Virus record (IMG/VR): IMGVR_UViG_3300028025_006190
Span: 1-64,000 of that record
From: a virus
Length of the DNA: 64,000 nucleotides
Reading direction: 5' to 3' (one strand)
Made by a program: the position numbers and the translations under genes. Numbering within the stretch: the first letter of the stretch is position 1; the number at the start of each line of letters is the position of its first letter. Positions 11,001 to 19,703 of the stretch are shown piece after piece. A model generated the notes under the pieces. That model saw only the letters and a list, made by a program, of their open reading frames with translations. It was not told the DNA's origin and did not search any database.

Positions 11001-11197
11001 AGGACCTTATTCCATCGCAGAAAACAGTAAACATGCGCAGAGTATCGTCCGTCTCCGGAGCAGATAAGCCAGTCATGGTTCTTATTACTGAAAACGGCCC
11101 GGTACTGATTGATGGTCACCACAGGACGGTATCTCGGATGATGTCCGGATCCAACACTATCCCCGCAAAGATATACAAGATGAGTGAGACCTACTGA
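8063..11197 (+). CDS. Multidomain head-associated protein (conserved phage head domain, SH3/KOW-like segment, duplicated Cys/His domain, C-terminal ParB/Srx-like domain)
   Basis: GRIAWALWGGDA domain seen in phage head morphogenesis proteins; duplicated GGLDRNxGxAExLRRYW...KIRWGTPGDWxRC...KGYCxLRH; C-terminal DLIPSQ...LIDGHHR ParB-like motif; coupled to the protease gene (TGATG). Confidence 0.75.
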   Translation: MANFVGRSGSLLLFVLDDRGVVVDSDVNLIVASGKAEPLQSSRSWAPGEFSEESHDLADSGLSFVDLSITADGSRMYTIPKAAQAEAKKALEWRKEEGRGGTSVGINTARTLAKGGQIGIEKVRHISKYFARHEVDKKGKGWKPAQDGFPSNGRIAWALWGGDAAWRWARAIVERENKKSITADGYGIAEGRYDYGYPTAPYELDDFKVAQEAEDMVIPEFLARVRLDGSGFDRLYKIDLDGNVYVWDDGVWDNLGYSGKDIWVYDNELDDPADARVEKSHIVIDPSSAITIAARLLNNPYRFVTLEQIDAAEADLANEAIPHIDWEIVERGMLAAGEIDPGDGIYTEEERSANASKQVRDATGKFTTTGSRVMIGGDARRGLGQITKINPGQNTVEVKLDNGKTVTVPGNAVEDAPDEQFDSTAGGPAVSSRIDTSGILGEPRTPINSVKAQLPGTLPAMTDGDLKEMLSNWPAWVNKQRSEFKPASSRGPVPVQGKNSLDIGNWGRSFEKETGKQLIKNAYDHPLLNRWLNSQNTAGEYPNRAWYNPITAAVKGEPEKAVSPETTDVQPIYMAVVDKDDPRAVLELVAIVPASDKSSSAMTYKRNEGKWVRDTKTLQDLKSATPPPVVPLDTDTLQDVLKQVDQTQGVTASLIMSVLFGPTLLAAGGLDRNRGNAEKLRRYWTVGKGAAKIRWGTPGDWKRCVRHLSKYMGVRSKGYCQLRHKEVTGVYTGSKLNPGNENSINEAGSGIPEEVLYGMPESMIQYEIPKIDLEMTLDEIIREEDDLYDDSWDPEEEIVEQLRVLGSCDDRQYALLAAGGLDRNQGKAEELRRYWTVGKGGAKIRWGTPGDWTRCVRNLSKYLGTRSKGYCALRHKEVNGVWPGEQNTNEYVIMASGTRVSADQVLRSEEEFIALSELSVRSDVLKARVAGAYGFVKRAGQDVNIPTNSFFFHNRAEVPSGMENTLKREEPFDEGEVYIEDLIPSQKTVNMRRVSSVSGADKPVMVLITENGPVLIDGHHRTVSRMMSGSNTIPAKIYKMSETY
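10052..10715 (+). repeat. Two copies of a ~70-aa domain (LLAAGGLDRN...RHKEVxGVxxG)
   Basis: Near-identical protein copies start at ~10052 and ~10506, separated by an acidic spacer. Confidence 0.9.
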
Positions 11198-14196
11198 TGA
11201 CAACAAACTACAACATCTCCCAAAAAGTGCTTGACGCACTAATTGCTTCAGGAAGTATCTCTGGGTCAAAGTTTGTCATTCCCCTTGTTATCCCTGAGGG
11301 AGTTGAGTCTGGTGACGGACGCATGTTCAAGAAGGGCTCGATCTCTATGCGGGATCTTCCTCTTCCACTTTTGTGGCAGGTCAAGACCGGAGCTGGCCAC
11401 GACGGCTCTGTTGTTGTGGGTCGGATCGATCATATGGAAAGAACTGACGAAGGCATTGGTAATGCCTACGGCTACTTTGATTCCGGAGAATATGGTCAAG
11501 AAGCCGAAAGACTAGTCAGAGAAGGATTCATCCGGGGAGTTTCTGCGGACATGGATCAGTTCGAGGCGCAAGAAACAGAAGACGAAATTACTGCCGCTGA
11601 GCTTGCAAAAAACGAAAAACCCAAAAAAATTGAAAAAGAAAAACTTACCATAAATAAGGCCCGCGTAATGGCGGTTACAATAGTACCTAAGCCCGCATTT
11701 CAAGAATGCAGTATTTCGCTTGCAAACGATGACGGGGACGTTTCTCAGGAGGAAACTATGATTCCAGATGGAATTTACATCGAAGATGTAGACCCAAATG
11801 AAGCCGAAGCAGTTGTTGCTAGTGGCATGATTGCTGGTGCAATCCCCACAGAGCCACCTGCTGATTGGTTCAACAACCCCAAGCTCAGTGAGCCGACCCC
11901 TCTTACGGTTGACAACCAGGGCCGTGTGTTTGGTCACATCGCTGCTTGGCACGTTGATCACATTGGCATGGCATTCGGAACCCGCCCACCTCGTAGCCGT
12001 AGCAACTACGGATACTTCCACACAGGCGTCTGCCGTACCGCCGAGGGTGCAGACATCCCTGTTGGCCAGCTAACTCTCGCCGGTGGTCACGCTGATATTA
12101 CAGCATCTGCCGCTGAGGCCGTCAAGCACTACGATGACACAGCATCCGCTGTAGCCGATGTTCACGCTGGTGAAGATCAGTATGGTATCTGGGTTGCCGG
12201 TGCACTTCGACCTGGTGTATCTCCTGAGCAGGTACGCGCACTTCGTGCCTCGGCTCCTTCCGGTGACTGGCGTCCAATTAAGGGTGGCCTCGAGCTTGTT
12301 GCTGTTTGTCAGGTAAACGTTCCTGGGTTCCCGATCGCACGCGCACGTGTTGCTTCTGGTCAGGTTATGGCTCTGGTTGCAGCTGGTGCCCACGCACTTG
12401 CCAAGCTTCGGACTAGCCCACTAGACGAACTCTCTGCCCGCATCCAGAAGCTGGAGACAGACAAGACTCAGGCTCTAGCTACTCAGCAGGATGAGCTCCG
12501 TGCTCGCTTTGCATCGATGACAGCAGAGTTCTCAGCCAAGCCAGAGCCAGTAGTTGCTGGTGGATCTCCCGACATGGCAGCAGCCTTAGAGCAGTTGCTT
12601 GCAGATAGCGTTGCGTACTCGTTCAAGGCTCAGGGCTACCACTGGAACGTCAAGGGTCAGGACTTCGCTCAGTACCACGAACTATTCGGTGAGGTCTACT
12701 CAGACGTTTACGGATCCATCGACTCAATTGCCGAGAGCATGCTCAAGCTAGGGTACGACGCTCCATTTAATATTGGACAGTGGGCCTCGCAAAACAGCAT
12801 CGGTAACGGTGGGGTAACCTCCACATCTTGCCAGGCCATGGCTTATGACCTCTACATAGGTAGCGAGCAGATGGTTGCACTTCTCAAGGGTGTGTTCGAC
12901 ATTGCTAACGCAATGAACGAGCAAGGGGTTGCTAACTTCCTCGCCGAGAGAATTGAATCTCAGCAGAGATGGTCATGGCAGCTTGGTGCTTCTTCTGCAG
13001 AGTACAAGCAAGAAAAAGAAGAGTACATGGAGATGGAAGCCGCCGAGTACGAGCCTGGTGGCTACGAGTATGGCGAAGATATGGATGCCTACGAGTATGC
13101 ATTCTCTAACCTAGAGAAGAATGGTGTGTACGAGGCATCAATCATTGCCAGTGCTTCGGACCCCCAGACCCGTGTAGATGCATTCTTTGCTGTCGCTGAG
13201 TTCGCTAAATTCACTGACGATGAGCGTAAAGAATTGGCAAAGAAAGGTTGGGCTATGCCAGATGGTGCATACCCGATCCGTAACGAGTCTGATCTAAAGA
13301 ATGCAATCAAAGCTTACGGCCGTGCATCGCTCAAGGAGCAGGTCGCCACTAAGAAGCACATCATCAAGCGTGCGCGGGCTCTTGGCCTTGTTGCCATGCT
13401 CCCCGATGTGTGGCACATCAAGAATGCATCCACTTCGGAGTTCAGCATCGACAACATGCGTGAAGCTGCAGCCAAGCGGTCTAAAGACCTTAGTGATCCT
13501 GTCTTCCAGCTCCGTGCTCGCGTTGCTTCTGCCAAGTCAGATCTAGAAGATGCCCTAGAAGTGGCTCGAAAGTCTGGAAATCTAGAAGCTGTTCGTCAGG
13601 CTGAGAAGGACATCAGGGAGATCAACAAAGATCAAACTGAGATACCAACTACGCCAGGTGTAGTTGAGCGTGATGAATTTGGTCGTATCAAGTTCACCGC
13701 AAAGACTCAGCCGAGAGACGCTCGTGGTCGATTCCGCGACGTTCTTGCACGCCTCAAGTCTAATCTCGGTACCTCTGGTAGCCAGAATGTTGTTGCCAAG
13801 ATTAAGGCCGCTGAGAACCTAGACAACACCGGAAACTATGCCGGAGCCGTTGAGGCAGTTGCTGACCTCATTAATACAATTGACCGCCTAGATACTGGTG
13901 CTCTAAACAAGGAATCCCTTGAGAACATCACACGTACCACTACCGATCTCGGTAAGGTCATTGCAAATCTTCCCCTCCCATTCTCTAACCAAGCACAGAA
14001 GGTTCGTTACAGTGACCTACCTCCTGCGCTCCAAGACCTGATGAAAAACATGATCACTAAGGTCGAGGAAAAGATTGGACAGGAAGACGCGGATATTGCA
14101 ACGCAAGAGCTCCGTGGATTTATGTCAGGGTCTGACGTTTATAGTCAGGGCGAGGTTTCGTCCCAGATGAATAAATTGCTCAGATTGCTTACATAA
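11197..14196 (+). CDS. Capsid maturation (prohead) protease polyprotein with internal Dps/ferritin-like and DUF6582-like domains
   Basis: N-terminal EGVESGDGR...LPLPLLWQ...GHDGSVVVGRI...RGVSAD...PAF is typical of actinophage HK97-type proteases. Dps signature HWNVKGxxFxxxHELF...D..AE at 12574-12996. ERKELAKKGWAMPDGAYPIRNESDLKNAI domain at ~13210-13410. Directly upstream of the capsid gene. Confidence 0.8.
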   Translation: MTTNYNISQKVLDALIASGSISGSKFVIPLVIPEGVESGDGRMFKKGSISMRDLPLPLLWQVKTGAGHDGSVVVGRIDHMERTDEGIGNAYGYFDSGEYGQEAERLVREGFIRGVSADMDQFEAQETEDEITAAELAKNEKPKKIEKEKLTINKARVMAVTIVPKPAFQECSISLANDDGDVSQEETMIPDGIYIEDVDPNEAEAVVASGMIAGAIPTEPPADWFNNPKLSEPTPLTVDNQGRVFGHIAAWHVDHIGMAFGTRPPRSRSNYGYFHTGVCRTAEGADIPVGQLTLAGGHADITASAAEAVKHYDDTASAVADVHAGEDQYGIWVAGALRPGVSPEQVRALRASAPSGDWRPIKGGLELVAVCQVNVPGFPIARARVASGQVMALVAAGAHALAKLRTSPLDELSARIQKLETDKTQALATQQDELRARFASMTAEFSAKPEPVVAGGSPDMAAALEQLLADSVAYSFKAQGYHWNVKGQDFAQYHELFGEVYSDVYGSIDSIAESMLKLGYDAPFNIGQWASQNSIGNGGVTSTSCQAMAYDLYIGSEQMVALLKGVFDIANAMNEQGVANFLAERIESQQRWSWQLGASSAEYKQEKEEYMEMEAAEYEPGGYEYGEDMDAYEYAFSNLEKNGVYEASIIASASDPQTRVDAFFAVAEFAKFTDDERKELAKKGWAMPDGAYPIRNESDLKNAIKAYGRASLKEQVATKKHIIKRARALGLVAMLPDVWHIKNASTSEFSIDNMREAAAKRSKDLSDPVFQLRARVASAKSDLEDALEVARKSGNLEAVRQAEKDIREINKDQTEIPTTPGVVERDEFGRIKFTAKTQPRDARGRFRDVLARLKSNLGTSGSQNVVAKIKAAENLDNTGNYAGAVEAVADLINTIDRLDTGALNKESLENITRTTTDLGKVIANLPLPFSNQAQKVRYSDLPPALQDLMKNMITKVEEKIGQEDADIATQELRGFMSGSDVYSQGEVSSQMNKLLRLLT

Positions 14197-14326
14197 AAAT
14201 AATGTAATATTAGTTATTGGGTGTAGTGCCTCCACATAAAAGTGTGCGGAAGTCCCTATATCTCAGACTAACCAAAGATGTGCGGAAAGGTTCCGTGCAT
14301 ACTTACTGGCCCTAAGGAGAGGTACA

Positions 14327-16273
14327 GTGGACCACATCAAATCACAGCTGGACATGCTAGCTGAGCTCGACGACACACAGGTCGAAGATCTTCAGAACAG
14401 TATTGTCACTGAGTTTGAGTCGATGGAACAAAGCGACCCCACTCCAGAGTCAGTAGATGCCATGACAACCCTAGCGGACATGCTTGAAACAGTCCGTGGC
14501 GAGGTGTCACGTCGTGAAGTTGAGGCGCAGGAGCTTGCTGCTCGTGCGTCCGAGGCTGCCGACCGTGTACACAACGCAGAGGGAACAGAACAGGAGGAGG
14601 CTCCTATGGAGGAGACCCCAATGGAGGAAGAGACAGAAGCTCCGATGACCGAAGACATGCCTGAAGAGGACATGATGGAGGAAGACGAGAAGAAGGTTGT
14701 TCCTGCGGAAGCATCGACTGACGTGGAGGAGGCAGCCGAGTTTGCATCGGACTCCGAATCTGCAGAAGTAGAGAGCGTTGAACCAGTGACCGAAACAACA
14801 ACTGAGGTTGTTGTTGAAGACGCTGTAGAGCTTTCTACCGAAACAACAGAGGCTGAGGCTGAGGTAGTAGAGGAGACAATTGTCGCCGCTATCGAGGCCG
14901 AGGTTGACACACCAGCTGAAGCAGAAGCTTCAGTTGTAGAAGAAACAACTATTGAGCCTGAATCGGCTCAGGAAGAGGCACCCGTGACCGCCGCAGCAGA
15001 AGAGGCCTTCGAGGCCCCAGCTGACCGTCGTTTCGTAGCACAGGTTGTCGAGACACCCGTGGCAATCACTGCGGGTGCTGACATTCCAGGCTACACAGCT
15101 GGCAGCACAATTGAATCAATGAGCGACGTTGCAGTTGCGATGGAGAAGCGTCTCCACTCGCTACGCCGCGTCAACGGTGGAGATGGTGAGCAGCACATTG
15201 TTGCTTCTATCGCTACCCAGTACCCTTCGGATCGTATCCTTGGTACTGACCCAGAAGAGAACCGTCAGAAGATTGAGAACGTTGTTGGAGCAGAGGCGCT
15301 TGTCGCTTCGGGTGGTTACGCCACTCCGCTTCAGGTTCGTTACGATGTCTTTGGTCTCGGTACAGCAGCACGTCCCGTTCGTGACGCGCTTCCTCGTTTC
15401 CAGGCAGACCGTGGTGGTATCCGCTACGTAACTCCTCCAGTACTTAGCTCATACGCTAACGCTGTTGGTGTCTGGACAAACGCGACCGATACAACACCTG
15501 AAGCAAACACCAAGACAAGCCTTACTGTTACGGCAGCCCAGGAGCAGACAGCATACACAGACGCTGTTACTCTGCAGATGCAGTTCGGTAACTTGTTTAG
15601 CCGTGCGTACCCAGAGCTTCTGGCCCGCCACAACGAGCTTGGTCTAATCCAGCACGCTCGTGAGGCAGAGCAGAACATCCTGAGCCGCATCGGTACTGCT
15701 TCGACGGCTGTTACAACCACAAGCCTCATCGGCTTTGGTCGTGACTTCCTCGTTCAGATCAAGCGGGCCGCGTCGGCTTACCGTACGCGTCACCGTATCG
15801 ACCCAAACACACAGCTTCGTGCGATCATCCCTTCGTGGGTGTACGACGCTATGTCGGCTGACTTGACCCTGGCTATGCCTGGTGACTCAACAATCAGCGT
15901 GGGTGCTTCGGAGATCAACGGCTACCTCGCTTCGTCGAACGTATCGCTCGTTGCTTCGCTCGATGGTACGCAGTTCGCTTCGCAGTCGGGTTCGGGTGCT
16001 GCTCTCCAGGAGTTCCCAGACTCGTTCGTTTGGTACCTCTTCGCTGAGGGTTCGTTCATCTTCCTCGATGGTGGAACACTTGACCTCGGAATCATCCGTG
16101 ACTCCGGTCTTGTCGGCACCAACGACTACAAGATGTTCGTTGAGACCTTCGAGGGCGTTGCCTTCGTCGGTACCGAGTCGCTTGCTATTACGTCGACCAT
16201 CTCGGTCAACGGTGTAGCTGCAGCTCTCCGCGACACAACTGGTGGCGCTACTGCTGCCGCCGTCGAGTACTAA
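14327..16273 (+). CDS. Major capsid (hexamer) protein with N-terminal acidic scaffold-like region
   Basis: Strong AAGGAGAGG RBS and strongly biased codon use. A Glu/Ala-rich N-terminal part is followed by LVASGG...RGGIRY...GGTLDLGIIRDSxLxxTNDYxxFxETFE, as in actinophage major capsid proteins. Confidence 0.85.
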   Translation: MDHIKSQLDMLAELDDTQVEDLQNSIVTEFESMEQSDPTPESVDAMTTLADMLETVRGEVSRREVEAQELAARASEAADRVHNAEGTEQEEAPMEETPMEEETEAPMTEDMPEEDMMEEDEKKVVPAEASTDVEEAAEFASDSESAEVESVEPVTETTTEVVVEDAVELSTETTEAEAEVVEETIVAAIEAEVDTPAEAEASVVEETTIEPESAQEEAPVTAAAEEAFEAPADRRFVAQVVETPVAITAGADIPGYTAGSTIESMSDVAVAMEKRLHSLRRVNGGDGEQHIVASIATQYPSDRILGTDPEENRQKIENVVGAEALVASGGYATPLQVRYDVFGLGTAARPVRDALPRFQADRGGIRYVTPPVLSSYANAVGVWTNATDTTPEANTKTSLTVTAAQEQTAYTDAVTLQMQFGNLFSRAYPELLARHNELGLIQHAREAEQNILSRIGTASTAVTTTSLIGFGRDFLVQIKRAASAYRTRHRIDPNTQLRAIIPSWVYDAMSADLTLAMPGDSTISVGASEINGYLASSNVSLVASLDGTQFASQSGSGAALQEFPDSFVWYLFAEGSFIFLDGGTLDLGIIRDSGLVGTNDYKMFVETFEGVAFVGTESLAITSTISVNGVAAALRDTTGGATAAAVEY

Positions 16274-16296
16274 ACCTCGACAAATCCCTGTGGAAT

Positions 16297-16337
16297 CCTG
16301 GGGGGCTTCGGCCCCCCAGGTATCCCTCAAATTTTTA
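16297..16337 (+). terminator. Hairpin with C(UUCG)G tetraloop after the capsid gene
   Basis: cctggggggc ttcg gccccccagg, followed at a short distance by a T run. Confidence 0.7.
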
Positions 16338-16352
16338 CCTAAGGAATAACAC

Positions 16353-17228
16353 ATGGCTTTCCCCAAGACTGGCGTTGTACCAGCTCCAAAGATTGTACCT
16401 TCTGCTTTTGGTCTTCTTGTTGTAGCTAAGCCAGAGAACTCGGCTGATGAGGACATGTGGACCCGTGGATTCTCTCAAGAGTGGGAGACCGAGCTGTCTG
16501 CAGGAACAAACTGGGACGATACAGACACCACAGACGACGAAATTTTTTCTGAAGCAACACCAACTCGCCACACATTTATCAAGCCATTCTTTATTGAAGC
16601 AACTGAAGACATCTCCACGCTGGGGTTTCGTGGTCTAGATCGTATTGGTCGCATCTCGCGTCAGCTTGAGGGGATCACTCAAAAGGCTATGGAGCAGGAG
16701 CTCTGGAGCGGTGTTATTCGTCGCACAGAGACCCACGAAAACCTGAGCCTCAACGATGCTTCTGCCACGCTCGTAAATGGAACGACAGCACTTACCGCAA
16801 GGCGTGCACTTGCTACTCTCGAACAGCTCATTGCTGAGACCTCCCCCGCTGGCGAGCAGGGAATCATTCACATGACACGTGACATGGCTGCTCTTCTCTC
16901 GAGCAGCAGTCAAATGTTGTTCCACAACAAAGAAATTGACCACCTACAGACAATGGGCGGAACCCCCGTCATTATTGGTAGTGGCTACTCTGGAGCTGGT
17001 CCAGTAGGTGTCACAGGTGAGACTGCGAGTCTTACCAACAAATGGATGTACGCCACAGGCACTGTCAAGACCTATCTTGGCAAGGTCGATGTCGTCAACG
17101 ACAATCTAGCGCAAGCATATGATGTGTCGGGTAATCAGAATGACATGAAGCTCAAGGCGATCCGCTCCGCTGCGGTTTACTTTGATTCTTCGATACACCT
17201 CGCAGTACGAGTCGACCTAACGACTTAG
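16353..17228 (+). CDS. Second capsid protein (major capsid pentamer-type)
   Basis: Directly after the major capsid gene. The P..FGLL, E.ELW.G, GIIHM, TxxGTPVIxGxGY, WxYATG pattern resembles the pentamer protein of Rosebush-like actinophages. Confidence 0.65.
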   Translation: MAFPKTGVVPAPKIVPSAFGLLVVAKPENSADEDMWTRGFSQEWETELSAGTNWDDTDTTDDEIFSEATPTRHTFIKPFFIEATEDISTLGFRGLDRIGRISRQLEGITQKAMEQELWSGVIRRTETHENLSLNDASATLVNGTTALTARRALATLEQLIAETSPAGEQGIIHMTRDMAALLSSSSQMLFHNKEIDHLQTMGGTPVIIGSGYSGAGPVGVTGETASLTNKWMYATGTVKTYLGKVDVVNDNLAQAYDVSGNQNDMKLKAIRSAAVYFDSSIHLAVRVDLTT

Positions 17229-17273
17229 ACTGTATAATAATAATAACCACCAACCCAAAAGGAGAATAGCTTC

Positions 17274-18566
17274 ATGGCTACTCAAGATTATGCTGCTAGC
17301 ATCCAGGGTGTATCCATTCGTGTTACTCGCCTGGACGCAAACGGCAACCTACTAAACGGAGCCGGTGATTCATACACCACATCCGCATTCATGCGTGTTT
17401 CTTTCACGCCTGAATATGAAGAAGGCGACGAAATTACCGAAAAGTCGGCTAACGGCTCGGTCTGCGTTACCTACAAGTCCCCCGACACTCTCAAGCGTAT
17501 TACCATGGAGCTCGCTATCTGTGAGCCCGATCCAGAGCTCACAAACCTGATCTCCGGTGGTCTTCTTCTTCGTAAGAACCTTGGTACATTCGCATCTCCC
17601 GACAACAAGTCAATCGGTTGGGCTGCCCCCGCCGTTGGTGATGACCCCGCCGGTTACGGTGTGGCCATTGAGACATGGTCGCACGCAGTCAAGGATGGAA
17701 AGCGTGCCAGCACACTTCCCTACTTCCACTGGGTATTCCCATACGTCAAGCTTCGTCAGTCGGGTGACCGCGTCATTGAGAACGGTCTTCTCGCTAACAC
17801 ATTCGAAGGCTATGGACTGGGCAACCTTCTGTTCGGTGATGGCCTCGACGATCGCTGGGAGTTCCCAACGGCTGCCGGACGCCCCTACTCGTACGCACGT
17901 ACAAACTGGGCACCGACCGGTCGCAACGGTTTCTACACCTGGCACGGTGAGCTAAGTTCTTCTGTTTCAAACAAGTTGAGAGAAGATGGCCTGGTTACAC
18001 TTACCACTGCACAAGCTCACAACTATGCTGCAGGAGAGACTGTAACAGTCACTGGTGGAACCAAGACAGTGACTATCACAGGTGCTACTGCAGGGTCCCC
18101 AACAACTGGGTCGGTTACATATGCTGCTGCCAACACCAGCACTAACGCTCTTGTAGTCGGAGACACTGTTGTTGTGACCGGAGTCACGCCAGCTGGCTAC
18201 AGTGGAACATTTGTAGTCACTGGTCGGACAAACTCTGACTTCACTGTAGCTAATGCAACAACTGGTGTGGCAACCGCTACGTCTGCCACTGGTGTGGTTA
18301 ACACGTTGGTCGGTCTGACTGGAACATTTGAGATTGCTGATGTCCCAACAGACACAACCTTTACATATGTATTGGCTGGATCCGCCATTAGTACAACAGC
18401 AGTTAGCCCGGTTGGTACAGCGGTCGTCGCACCGGACAGCCGTGCTGTTAGTGTCCTGCCAAACCCAGATGACCCAGGAACATACAACGTTCCCGGTAAC
18501 ATCAACTACAACGCAGATGACGCTATTGACTACGTCATCCTATCGACTGAGAACCCTTCGTCGTAG
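17274..18566 (+). CDS. Major tail (tube) protein with C-terminal nested beta-rich accessory domains
   Basis: IRVTRLDANG...EYEEGDEITEKSANGSVC motif of actinophage major tail proteins; AAAGGAG RBS; Thr/Val-rich C-terminus with AHNYAAGE. Confidence 0.8.
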   Translation: MATQDYAASIQGVSIRVTRLDANGNLLNGAGDSYTTSAFMRVSFTPEYEEGDEITEKSANGSVCVTYKSPDTLKRITMELAICEPDPELTNLISGGLLLRKNLGTFASPDNKSIGWAAPAVGDDPAGYGVAIETWSHAVKDGKRASTLPYFHWVFPYVKLRQSGDRVIENGLLANTFEGYGLGNLLFGDGLDDRWEFPTAAGRPYSYARTNWAPTGRNGFYTWHGELSSSVSNKLREDGLVTLTTAQAHNYAAGETVTVTGGTKTVTITGATAGSPTTGSVTYAAANTSTNALVVGDTVVVTGVTPAGYSGTFVVTGRTNSDFTVANATTGVATATSATGVVNTLVGLTGTFEIADVPTDTTFTYVLAGSAISTTAVSPVGTAVVAPDSRAVSVLPNPDDPGTYNVPGNINYNADDAIDYVILSTENPSS

Positions 18567-18580
18567 TAGATACATAAGGA

Positions 18581-18616
18581 GGACGGGTGGCGCAACAATA
18601 GGTGTGCCACCCGTTC
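18581..18616 (+). terminator. Stem-loop after the major tail gene
   Basis: ggacgggtggcgca / tgtgccacccgttc inverted repeat. Confidence 0.55.
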
Positions 18617-18639
18617 TTACGTAAGAGAGAGACATACAA

Positions 18640-19695
18640 ATGCCATCATCAGGACTTTGGGTTACCGTAGCTGAGCTAGGCCCCGAATGGGAAAATTCTG
18701 ACTACGCTGAACAAGCAGTTCAGTCGGCTTCTTATGTGATGTGGGCGCTCTCAGGACGGAAGTACTCTGGGGTAACTACAGTCACTGAGCGATATGTTCG
18801 GTTTGCTCCACTCATTAATACTCGACTGATCCAAGAAGCAGCGATCATCAACTCAAGAATTAATAAGGCTCTTCAAATTGTTGAGCCATGGGTTTCAGCT
18901 GAGACACGAATCCGACTCAGAGGCCAGCCCGTACAAGAAGTTGTAACTGTAAGAAATGTTGGCGGAGAGATTGTAAACCCGAGCGCCTACTATTTGGTGG
19001 ATCACTCAACTGTACAGTTCTCTGAGGGAGCTCTTATTGTCCCCGCAGATATCGAGGTCAGCTACACATACGGCACAAACCCGCCTCCCCTGGGCAAGAT
19101 GGCTGCACGCCGTGTGGCCATCGAGTTTGTCAAGCTCTGGGAAGGCGACGAAGACTGTGCTCTTCCTCAGCGAGTAACCTCAGTCACTCGACAGGGTGTC
19201 ACGTACACACTTCTTGATTCTCAAGACTTCCTACAAGAGATGCGTCTTGGTATCTACGAAATTGACCTTTTCCTGAAGGTAATTAACCCTAATAAAGCTC
19301 AGAAGAGATCTAAGGTCTTTTCTCCCGACATTCCTAAGGCTCGTCGTTACACCCCGAAGCCGCCTGTTTTTGCGGCAAGTGCTCGGGACATGGTGGTAGC
19401 TAAATCTGGTGTAACTACAAAAACAATAACCAAGGCTTCCATATCTGCTGAGTTTTTGACTTCCCCTTGGACTCTAGAGCTCGTAATTAGAAACTGGGGC
19501 GAGTCTAAGTCAAAAACAATAGCGGCTGGCGCAACATACGACGCCACAAATATCACCTTGACTGTTTCTTATACTGACGCTCAAGGCGTTCTCGGATTCT
19601 CAGATCCTGGCTCATATGATCTATATGCGATTAATGGGGCCACTACGTCTCATCTAGCGTCTGGTAACCTTACGATAGATATGACTAGTTATTAA
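18640..19695 (+). CDS. Head-to-tail adaptor
   Basis: WALSGRKY and CALPQRVTSVTRQGVT motifs typical of actinophage adaptors; gene position. Confidence 0.7.
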   Translation: MPSSGLWVTVAELGPEWENSDYAEQAVQSASYVMWALSGRKYSGVTTVTERYVRFAPLINTRLIQEAAIINSRINKALQIVEPWVSAETRIRLRGQPVQEVVTVRNVGGEIVNPSAYYLVDHSTVQFSEGALIVPADIEVSYTYGTNPPPLGKMAARRVAIEFVKLWEGDEDCALPQRVTSVTRQGVTYTLLDSQDFLQEMRLGIYEIDLFLKVINPNKAQKRSKVFSPDIPKARRYTPKPPVFAASARDMVVAKSGVTTKTITKASISAEFLTSPWTLELVIRNWGESKSKTIAAGATYDATNITLTVSYTDAQGVLGFSDPGSYDLYAINGATTSHLASGNLTIDMTSY

Positions 19696-19703
19696 GGGAC
19701 ACC

